From a virus, in the IMG/VR virus record IMGVR_UViG_3300042389_001427, positions 7,941 to 71,940 of that record: DNA of 64,000 bases. One strand, written 5' to 3'. Under the pieces are notes generated by a model. That model saw nothing but the letters and a program-made list of their open reading frames with translations. It ran no database searches and had not been told where the DNA came from. Below, one piece after another: positions 27,821-35,278 of the stretch (positions within the stretch are counted from its first letter, which is position 1; each line of letters opens with the position of its first letter). Position numbers and translations under genes: made by a program.

Positions 27821-29259
27821 AACAAAGGCTCGATTTTATACCGATGAATTTTCTTGGGGCCGCTTCTCTTCCTAACGAGTGAGATGCCAGTGCCTGGGCG
27901 GTTTGAAAGTTGCGCCAATTGTTGCCCGATGTTCCTGACGGACCACTCCCTTGTGAGGGAAGAGTTGTCGAACACATCATGCAAAGACTGGTGCAGATCG
28001 ACAGCAGTCCCCTCCCAAGCCACTTTTTGAACTTCAGAGGCTCGGCGTTTCCACCATGTGTCGAGCACGGACAAGAGTTGCGCCCCCGATGAAGAAGCAT
28101 CATTCAACTCGCGTATCTCCGGGGACACGAAGCTCTTGATGCCATACCGAGATTTCTTGTCCTGCACTTCGTCCGGCACGGTCCACGATTTGAGCCACGC
28201 CAAAAAGTGCGAAAGCTCTTCTTGTTCGAGCCCGATAAATTCCTCCGGGGCGGGGGCCCCCTCCCACCGCTTCATCGCAAGGATGATCATCTTGTCCTCG
28301 TTGGATAGATCGCGCTGCGGGATGACTTGGATCGAGACGGGGTCGTCGTTTGTGGCGATCACCACTCGCCCCGCCCATTCCACCACAGTCGGGGTTAGGA
28401 ATTTTTCGTGGTAGGTATGCTTGGCGTGAGCCGCCAGCTTTTTAATCGTCGCGGAATACCTTGTGCGTTGCGTTTCGTTGGCAAGCCCTTTGGAGTCATC
28501 CACAATGGCGAGCGGCGATGAGAACACCTCCGCGTTGAATCCATTGTTCTCCCCCGCCGCCATTGAGGACAGGTCCGCGTAGCCCCCCATTGCCGGGGTT
28601 AGGAGCCGCTCAATTGTGAAGGATTTGTAGCATTGCACCGGTCCGCAGAGGACCATGGTTTGCCCGAGAAGGGGTTTGCCGTTTTCGGCACTCTCATAGA
28701 ATCTCTTTAGCCACGCCAAGAGGTAGTGGAGGTATTCTTGAGTCGCAAAAACATTGTCCAAGACCTTCGCGTATCTTGGGAATAAAACCCCCCACGCCTG
28801 CGCTGCCGGGGCGGCGGGCCAGAGTTTGGCGGTTGCGATGTTCAGAAACTTCTTACCCCCGTGTTCCCATATGGGGCGGGGGTGGTAGAGAGCGGGACCT
28901 GCTCCATCCACCCTTCGGTGTGTCCGAATGAACGACTTCACCCGATCCATCGGCGACGCCGAGGCCCCCTTGGGAACTTTCTCGGAGAAACCCCTTTCCT
29001 TTAGGGTCGCGGTTGCAAACGATGCCGCCTCGTATCTCCAGACTCCGTCTCCCCCGCGCATGAAGACATTTCGCCCATCGTAATAGAGGTCATCTACGAG
29101 CATCGGATCGATGTCTCGTTCCGGGAACGCGGCCGCGGCAGCCTCCCTTAATTGCTCTAAATTGACCGGGGTCGAAAAGTCCGGCGATGCGGCATTCACT
29201 TCTATCGGGTCTTGAAGAATTTCTGGATTGGAGTCGTTGATGGGTTCGGGTTCAGCCAT
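27817..29259 (-). CDS. Primase-associated P-loop helicase (SF3/DUF5906-like)
   Basis: Degenerate Walker A LCGPVQCYKS, Walker B AIVDD, sensor VIATND. Confidence 0.7.
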   Translation of the reverse strand: MAEPEPINDSNPEILQDPIEVNAASPDFSTPVNLEQLREAAAAAFPERDIDPMLVDDLYYDGRNVFMRGGDGVWRYEAASFATATLKERGFSEKVPKGASASPMDRVKSFIRTHRRVDGAGPALYHPRPIWEHGGKKFLNIATAKLWPAAPAAQAWGVLFPRYAKVLDNVFATQEYLHYLLAWLKRFYESAENGKPLLGQTMVLCGPVQCYKSFTIERLLTPAMGGYADLSSMAAGENNGFNAEVFSSPLAIVDDSKGLANETQRTRYSATIKKLAAHAKHTYHEKFLTPTVVEWAGRVVIATNDDPVSIQVIPQRDLSNEDKMIILAMKRWEGAPAPEEFIGLEQEELSHFLAWLKSWTVPDEVQDKKSRYGIKSFVSPEIRELNDASSSGAQLLSVLDTWWKRRASEVQKVAWEGTAVDLHQSLHDVFDNSSLTREWSVRNIGQQLAQLSNRPGTGISLVRKRSGPKKIHRYKIEPLL

Positions 29260-30128
29260 ATAAGTTTTTGTTCCTGTTCGGTGTCGGCGCGGACAACTTT
29301 CGGGAGTCGGGAGAGGCGGACGGCGGTAAGCGCGCCGGGGCAGGCTCCGAGCGGAACAACCATGTCAGCAATGGCTTCCGCCGCTTTTACCCAATGATCC
29401 CGCGATTTGCTGTTCACTCGAACGAGCGCGTGTGCGGACTCGTTTCCAGAGAGCGTTACCGAAACGATTGGCAGAGGGAGGGTTTTGAGGATCGAAAGCC
29501 AGCTCTCAAGTTTGATCGCATCGCTCTCGATGAGAATGTGTCGGTAGCTGGTCGTGTTCTCTTCGCTCCTCCGAGAGAATCTCCCAAGCCGCTCAATTTT
29601 CTCGAACTTCCCTGATACGGGGTTGATGAGAAACCAAGCCCCGTGCTGATTTCCTAAAATTGCTTTTCCGATCGCGAGATCGGGGACCCCGTGATGCCAT
29701 ATAAGTTGCCCTTGGCTTCTCTCTTCGGTGAAAATGATTGTCCGCTCGTCATGTGCAAACAGAGTTCGGAGAACCCCGCCGGCACTGATAGTGCGGCAAT
29801 CAACTGGGCTCCTCCCGAGGAACTCCCCGATTTCGGTCGGCTCGGCGGAGAGGGTTTCTATTAGCTTGCCATTAAGGGGTCGGTTTCGGCTAAAGCCCCT
29901 CGGCGGAACGACATTGTTATATTCCTCATACCGCGCCTTCCTTATGGTGCTTTTGATTTCCCCCGGCGTTTCCGGTCGGCTCATCCAATGGGCCGCCCAC
30001 TTTTCTATGAACTCGTCTTCGTTGCCGGCTTTGACCCATAGCTTGACTACTTTGTAGAGCCAGATATGGCAGCCCTGCCCCGACTCGGGACACCGGGGCA
30101 TCGATACTTCTTCAGGTGCGGGAGCCAT
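29202..30128 (-). CDS. Primase (AEP/RepB-type primpol-like)
   Basis: ILIESD, TLSGNESAHALV, RLSRLP; upstream of the helicase. Confidence 0.65.
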   Translation of the reverse strand: MAPAPEEVSMPRCPESGQGCHIWLYKVVKLWVKAGNEDEFIEKWAAHWMSRPETPGEIKSTIRKARYEEYNNVVPPRGFSRNRPLNGKLIETLSAEPTEIGEFLGRSPVDCRTISAGGVLRTLFAHDERTIIFTEERSQGQLIWHHGVPDLAIGKAILGNQHGAWFLINPVSGKFEKIERLGRFSRRSEENTTSYRHILIESDAIKLESWLSILKTLPLPIVSVTLSGNESAHALVRVNSKSRDHWVKAAEAIADMVVPLGACPGALTAVRLSRLPKVVRADTEQEQKLIWLNPNPSTTPIQKFFKTR

Positions 30129-30131
30129 GAT

Positions 30132-31940
30132 TTAGGTTATGGGGTTATTATTAGAGGTCAACAACTCATTGAACAGGGTTCGGAACGCAACTTCGCAAGT
30201 TTGTGCAACCACTCCGTTTCCGAGAAGTCTCAATTCATCGTTTCGATTTGTGTTCAGAACCATCCATTGATGAATCTCAACCAATTCCTCGTGACGGAGG
30301 CGGGGCAGTTCGGAGACGCCCACCCCAGCGGGAGCCCCATCAATGTCTCTACCCAGCGAGGCGAGAGCCGCGATTTCGGAGTTTTCCCGACCATCTCCAC
30401 CTGTTGATTGATTGTCTGCGATTGCAGCACCATCTCCCCGGTCGGGGTTTTTCGGTATGCCCGCTCCCCCGGCCGCGCAGGTTGGCCATCCTTGGTGTAG
30501 AGGGTTTCCACTTTCGCACCCGCTTCCTGCGCTTGGGGCGTCCTCCAATCCACTTTGACTTGTGTTGCCAAAGGCATCGTCGCCACATCGCCCTTCTCCT
30601 GCCGCTTCTTCCATACCTCGGGGTTTTCCTCCGTCGTCTCCCCCGAGCGCGGAGTTGCCCATTGCTTCTCCATCTGCCACGCAAGGTTCGGCTGCCCCCC
30701 ATCTTTCCGCTCCGGGTGGTGTATGGTTGGCTGGCCATCCCCCGTTTTCGGAGTCAACCACTCGCGGCGGCTCCCACCAGAATTGCGCGAATCCGGGGCG
30801 GGATGGCCAAAACCAGGCACTTGAACAAGTCTCGCCAACCCCAACGATGCCGAATGCCCCGACTGAACTATTCTCCGAGGGAGTTGCCCCGTCCAATAGA
30901 CTTGATCCTTCTCCCCCCAAATCTCCATGATGGAGGCTTCCGGGGTCGGCCAATTCAAGTTCTTGTTGACCTGGGACACGAGCGTCTCCCTGCGGCTGTC
31001 CTTCGGGTTCACATTGCTTGAGTCGTCCTCCTGCGGCGTTAGCCAGTTCCCCTCCTTGGCCACCGCCTCCCGAAGTTGATACCCCTTGCCCCCGTTCGGG
31101 CCCACCTTGACTCTCTGCATTGAGGGGGAGTTGGAGTCCGTGCTTCTCGCGGTCGGCCAGTTCGCCACTGCATTGGGCAGCGTGTCCGGGGGGTTCCCCT
31201 TGCGCTCCTGCCTGCCCGCACCGCTCTCGCCTTTGTAATCCCGCGCTGCAACTGTCGGCCAATTTCTCTCCTCCTTGATCGCCGCAATATGCAGCAGACC
31301 AGTGTGCCCCGCCCCCTCTATTTCTTGCGAGGGCGTTATCCCACCTTGTTTCCCATCCTGGCTCGTCGCGGTGGGCCAAGATAAAAATTCGTTTCCTCTG
31401 GTGGGGGGCCCCGACCTCGCTCGCGCTAAAAATGCCTGCCGTCGCGCGGTAACCCACTCTTTCCAATTCTCGAAGGACATGGAGCAAAACTGGAGTCCCC
31501 GGCGGATCGTTCCAGCCGTCGCCTGCGAGCTTTGCACTGACAATGCCCTCGACATTTTCCAAGAAAACAAGGGAAGGTCCGCAACGCTTGATTCCATCAA
31601 GGATGGCGGGGAAGAGGTGTCGTCCATCGGCATCGGCTGCTCTACGGCCAGCGGCTGAAAAGGGCTGACATGGAAAGCCTCCCGAAACCAAACTGACGCC
31701 TTGAAATTCCTCCCAAGGGAATGTGCGTAGATCAGTCCAGATCGGAGCCGCAGGAAGGAGCCCGCCTTCCATTTTCGCAAGAGCATTTTCCAAGCTAAAG
31801 GACTCGATCTCGCATACAGCGGCGAGTCGTAATAGCCTTCCAAAGACTCTATCAAGTCCGAGGTCAATTCCCCCGTATCCGAAGCACAGGCTGATGTGCG
31901 AGAGTTCGGGTTTCCAAGCAGGTTTTTCGGTAATATCCAC
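30132..31940 (-). CDS. C5-cytosine DNA methyltransferase, catalytic (alpha) frame
   Basis: Motif I SLCFGYGG, IV GGFPCQPFS, VI LENVEG, VIII PHQRKRIF, X LRLLGNGVV; GTG start. Confidence 0.85.
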   Translation of the reverse strand: MDITEKPAWKPELSHISLCFGYGGIDLGLDRVFGRLLRLAAVCEIESFSLENALAKMEGGLLPAAPIWTDLRTFPWEEFQGVSLVSGGFPCQPFSAAGRRAADADGRHLFPAILDGIKRCGPSLVFLENVEGIVSAKLAGDGWNDPPGTPVLLHVLRELERVGYRATAGIFSASEVGAPHQRKRIFILAHRDEPGWETRWDNALARNRGGGAHWSAAYCGDQGGEKLADSCSAGLQRRERCGQAGAQGEPPGHAAQCSGELADREKHGLQLPLNAESQGGPERGQGVSTSGGGGQGGELANAAGGRLKQCEPEGQPQGDARVPGQQELELADPGSLHHGDLGGEGSSLLDGATPSENSSVGAFGIVGVGETCSSAWFWPSRPGFAQFWWEPPRVVDSENGGWPANHTPPGAERWGAAEPCVADGEAMGNSALGGDDGGKPRGMEEAAGEGRCGDDAFGNTSQSGLEDAPSAGSGCESGNPLHQGWPTCAAGGAGIPKNPDRGDGAAIADNQSTGGDGRENSEIAALASLGRDIDGAPAGVGVSELPRLRHEELVEIHQWMVLNTNRNDELRLLGNGVVAQTCEVAFRTLFNELLTSNNNPIT

Positions 31941-31942
31941 AT
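30254..31942 (-). CDS. Overlapping alternative-frame MTase polypeptide (beta-like) with W-x-T repeats and motif IX
   Basis: 562-aa ORF with ATG directly after the polymerase stop; 8 W[P/L/A/R]T repeats; RLSPRWVETLMGLPLGW. Confidence 0.75.
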   Translation of the reverse strand: MWILPKNLLGNPNSRTSACASDTGELTSDLIESLEGYYDSPLYARSSPLAWKMLLRKWKAGSFLRLRSGLIYAHSLGRNFKASVWFREAFHVSPFQPLAVEQPMPMDDTSSPPSLMESSVADLPLFSWKMSRALSVQSSQATAGTIRRGLQFCSMSFENWKEWVTARRQAFLARARSGPPTRGNEFLSWPTATSQDGKQGGITPSQEIEGAGHTGLLHIAAIKEERNWPTVAARDYKGESGAGRQERKGNPPDTLPNAVANWPTARSTDSNSPSMQRVKVGPNGGKGYQLREAVAKEGNWLTPQEDDSSNVNPKDSRRETLVSQVNKNLNWPTPEASIMEIWGEKDQVYWTGQLPRRIVQSGHSASLGLARLVQVPGFGHPAPDSRNSGGSRREWLTPKTGDGQPTIHHPERKDGGQPNLAWQMEKQWATPRSGETTEENPEVWKKRQEKGDVATMPLATQVKVDWRTPQAQEAGAKVETLYTKDGQPARPGERAYRKTPTGEMVLQSQTINQQVEMVGKTPKSRLSPRWVETLMGLPLGWASPNCPASVTRNWLRFINGWF

Positions 31943-33754
31943 TTATGCCTTCCTATAGATTTTTGAGATGTGGGCATCCGCCCCAAGCGGTAGCCCCCGA
32001 CACCACGACGGGGGATTGCCCATGATTGAGAGCAGCTGTTCTTTCTTTGCGGCGGCCTCCTGCTCATCGACCAGCACAACGACTTCGTCATGCACCCGCA
32101 AAATTATCTCAAATCCCTGCGACTCAAGTTCGTAGCAGCGATCCATAAAAACATCCCGAGCAAAGCCTTGCGTGAGGTTTTCTGTTAGCAGCCCCCCGTA
32201 AAGTTTGCAGCGCATCATCTTGCCGTCCTTCGGAAGGAGCCCACTAAAGCCCCCGTCCCTAACCACATCGTAATATCGTAGCGTTCTACTACTTGGTAAG
32301 GTTATTTCTAATAGACGATCGACGAGGCTATCCTTCAACGCACCCTCCAAAAACCTCCAAAGGTTTATAATTTTCGGGTTCTGTCTGCGGTAATCCCGCA
32401 CAATCTTTTCGGACTCTTCATCGCTAATTTCGAGCCCTGCCATGAGTTTGGCTACGAGCTTGAACTTCGCGGGGCCGCACCCGTAGCCGAGCCCGAGAAC
32501 CCTCGCCTTTGCGAGTTGACGCATCTTTGGATCGACATCTTTGAGAGAGCGCGGGTCATCATACCCCATCGTCGCGCGGGCGTGGGCTTCATAAACATCC
32601 GCGCCACCTTCCATTAGCTTTAGCGAGTCGGTGTCTTTGGCGAGGTAGCAAATGCACCGGGCTTCAATTTGCGCGAGATCGGCAATGATCAAAGTCTTGC
32701 CCTCCGGGGCCTCAATGAGGCTCCTCAAATCCACGCCGGCAACAGTGCCTCTCGGGATGTTTTGACAGTTCCACCCTCCCCCTCCGCTATCCCGCCCTGT
32801 AGCGGCCCCGAAATATCGTAATTCATACGGCATTCGCGCAATCTCGCCTCCCGACTCAATTGTCCTTGTAAGCATGGTATTCACTGTCTTTAGGTGCTTG
32901 TTGGCTTTCCTAAAGTCGCGCACAGCGGTCACCCAAGGATACACGCCCGAAAATTCCTCCTCCCACCGAAGCCCCTCCGGGTCTTTCTCCGCAAAAGACG
33001 CAGGCGCCCAAATCCCCTCAACTTCACATTGGTTGCGGATTGCTTGTAGCGAAAGAGGCGGTAAGTCTCCTCCGATCCACGGCAGCTTTTGCAAGGCCAC
33101 CTCGCACTCTTCTTGAAGTTTTTTCTGGGACTCTTTTAGCCGATCCCAATTCACGGGAACGCCGCGCATCCCCATTTCCCGCGTCATTTGGGAAATTGAT
33201 CTTTCAAACCCCGGCCACTTCCCCCCGTGCTTTTGCCACAAATTCAGAGTGTTCTTTGTGTCCAAGAAAGCGTATTCGCAAACTTCGCGTTTGAAGTCAT
33301 CCGTCATCTCCTCCCACTTTTTGCCGTTCATTTGATCGCGAGTCGTCTTTTTTACCTCAACCCCGAGAAGGTGCTTGGAAGCCTCTTTAAGTGAGCGGGG
33401 GTATCCCAAATAAGCCGCGAGATCGGCGGTATCGAAAATTCGCGCGGGCGAGACTCCGGGGATGGCCCCCGTTTCTACGAGGCAATTGAAAAGCGTGAGA
33501 TCGAAGCCCGCGTTGTGCATGATCCAATCGCGCCCGTTTACACGATCCCACGGGGCGGTTTTAGGATGCCCGACGAATGACCATTCGCCGCTGCACATAG
33601 CCACTAAATAAATATCAGTCGCCCTGGCGTATTTGTAGGCCCCCAAAGTGACGACAGAAGTGTGCTTGTCGTAATACGCTTCGAAATCGATGGCGACTGT
33701 GTGTGTCACAGGAAAAAAATCCTCGGCGGCGACCAAGGGCAGCGGGGAACCCAT
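31943..33754 (-). CDS. polA: Family A DNA polymerase with 3'-5' exonuclease
   Basis: ExoI AIDFEAY, ExoII HNAGFD, TGRDSG, motif A ADLAQIEAR, motif B RQLAKARVLGLGYG, motif C VHDE; true start may be GTG at 33709. Confidence 0.93.
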   Translation of the reverse strand: MGSPLPLVAAEDFFPVTHTVAIDFEAYYDKHTSVVTLGAYKYARATDIYLVAMCSGEWSFVGHPKTAPWDRVNGRDWIMHNAGFDLTLFNCLVETGAIPGVSPARIFDTADLAAYLGYPRSLKEASKHLLGVEVKKTTRDQMNGKKWEEMTDDFKREVCEYAFLDTKNTLNLWQKHGGKWPGFERSISQMTREMGMRGVPVNWDRLKESQKKLQEECEVALQKLPWIGGDLPPLSLQAIRNQCEVEGIWAPASFAEKDPEGLRWEEEFSGVYPWVTAVRDFRKANKHLKTVNTMLTRTIESGGEIARMPYELRYFGAATGRDSGGGGWNCQNIPRGTVAGVDLRSLIEAPEGKTLIIADLAQIEARCICYLAKDTDSLKLMEGGADVYEAHARATMGYDDPRSLKDVDPKMRQLAKARVLGLGYGCGPAKFKLVAKLMAGLEISDEESEKIVRDYRRQNPKIINLWRFLEGALKDSLVDRLLEITLPSSRTLRYYDVVRDGGFSGLLPKDGKMMRCKLYGGLLTENLTQGFARDVFMDRCYELESQGFEIILRVHDEVVVLVDEQEAAAKKEQLLSIMGNPPSWCRGLPLGADAHISKIYRKA

Positions 33755-33806
33755 ACTCCCGCTACCACGGCGAAAGGAAACCGCGCCGCCGCCGAGGAAA
33801 CTTGTT

Positions 33807-34553
33807 TTAGAGAACTCCTTTGATTTGCTGGATTACACTCGGCTCAATGCGGGCTGCGGAGCGAAGCGTCGGCTTCCACCAGCTATTTTTAGAGTCCTTG
33901 ACGAGTGTGGAGCCTAGCGACCAGCTTCCGCCGATCAATCCCGATTCCATCAAATAAGTTTTCAAGGCGCTCGCCATAGTAACCGCAACCGCGCTAAACG
34001 CGCCTCCGCTTGCGGTGTATACAAACCGGCCGTATTTCTTTCCCCCGAACTCGTAGAAGAACAGACCCGCTGCTTCCTCGGACAGGTTCTCCGGGCTTTC
34101 GACGAAAAGCTCAATGTGAGCAAGTTCGCTAAAATTCCCGTCCCCTTTTTCTCGGCTGACGCGCCCTCCGAGCTCCCGAACTTCCTGCGCGGTGTTCGCC
34201 ATTTTGCGCGGAGTAGAGGGATCGAACTCGGTGTTCTCCTGATATTGCTTTGAAAGTGTCGCCGCAATGACTGTGAGAGCGTTCCCAACATTTTTATTTT
34301 CGCTGTTAACGGTCGTAATTGCGTGCTCGCGGTTCACAACCCAAGTGCCGGGGGTGAAATTGTCGGCGAGTTCGCCGCTTTTGTTGACGAGATTGAGGCG
34401 CGGCAGCCGCAAGTCTTCTGAAGTCCATTCTCCGATAAGCCCTTTATCGGGGTCGGATATAACGGGCGCGGCAACTACGATTGCCGTCTCCCTGATTGCG
34501 AGTTGTTTTTCGGGTTGTTTTGTTTCGATTTCTTCGAACGATACTTTAGCCAT
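33807..34553 (-). CDS. Putative ssDNA-binding protein
   Basis: Directly upstream of the polymerase; EDLRLPRLNLV pattern; unstructured repeat leader. Confidence 0.5.
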   Translation of the reverse strand: MAKVSFEEIETKQPEKQLAIRETAIVVAAPVISDPDKGLIGEWTSEDLRLPRLNLVNKSGELADNFTPGTWVVNREHAITTVNSENKNVGNALTVIAATLSKQYQENTEFDPSTPRKMANTAQEVRELGGRVSREKGDGNFSELAHIELFVESPENLSEEAAGLFFYEFGGKKYGRFVYTASGGAFSAVAVTMASALKTYLMESGLIGGSWSLGSTLVKDSKNSWWKPTLRSAARIEPSVIQQIKGVL

Positions 34554-34554
34554 A

Positions 34555-34589
34555 TTTAGTTTAGTTTAGTTTAGTTTAGTAGTTAGTTT
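34555..34589. repeat. (TTTAG)5 plus degenerate copies directly upstream of the SSB start
   Basis: tttagtttagtttagtttagtttagtagttagttt. Confidence 0.9.
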
Positions 34590-34650
34590 GCCGAGTGCCG
34601 CTCGGCGCGGGCGGGTTACGGGGTTAATAACCCCGACGGCTCGCAAGATT

Positions 34651-35277
34651 TTAATGCGCGATATTAAAGAAGAATAGCTGGACGAGCCTTTCAGTCTGGG
34701 TGGAATACTCGCTCGCGGAGTGGATTAGCTTGGCATCCCATAGCACGAGTCTATTGTAGACAGCCCCGATTTTATCAACAAGTTCCCAATACGAGGGAGA
34801 AACCAAAGATTCTTTGGTGAAAATCTCCTCTGTAGGAGACTCCGTTTCGAGTGGGTGCCCCGGCTGTCTTCGGCAGCCCGACATCTTGTGCCTCCACATC
34901 GAAGTCCCCATAGAAGGGGGAAGATCGGGGGTTAAATACACCGCCCCCGCAAAATCCTGGTTGTCTGTGTGAAATACTAATGGATCGGCTTTGGAAGTTT
35001 TTTGAAAAATTCCATTGGCGCTCTGCTGAAGCCAGTCAACTATTTGAACGCCGAGCAGCCGCTCAAACTCTTCTTTGACATACGGCAATAGGAGAGTGTC
35101 ATGGGACCTTAAACCTTTATAGAATTTTAAGTCTTCCCTATATGGTTGCTGTAATGCGTGTTCTCTAATTTTGTCGGGCTCTTTATAGAAGTTGTCTACA
35201 ATCAGAATGCTCGGCTGGTCTTGTGTAAATGTGACTTCAGTATTGCTATTTATGCTAGGTAGTTCGTATTGAATCAT
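34651..35277 (-). CDS. 2OG-Fe(II) oxygenase (DUF6445-like)
   Basis: IVDNFYKEPD, HTD, YNRLVLWDAKLIHSA, RLVQLFFF. Confidence 0.8.
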   Translation of the reverse strand: MIQYELPSINSNTEVTFTQDQPSILIVDNFYKEPDKIREHALQQPYREDLKFYKGLRSHDTLLLPYVKEEFERLLGVQIVDWLQQSANGIFQKTSKADPLVFHTDNQDFAGAVYLTPDLPPSMGTSMWRHKMSGCRRQPGHPLETESPTEEIFTKESLVSPSYWELVDKIGAVYNRLVLWDAKLIHSASEYSTQTERLVQLFFFNIAH

Positions 35278-35278
35278 A

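Noticed and set aside
30203-31021. Third long ORF (+, 272 aa) over the methyltransferase
   Set aside because: Arg/Pro/Leu-rich shadow with no recognisable motif.
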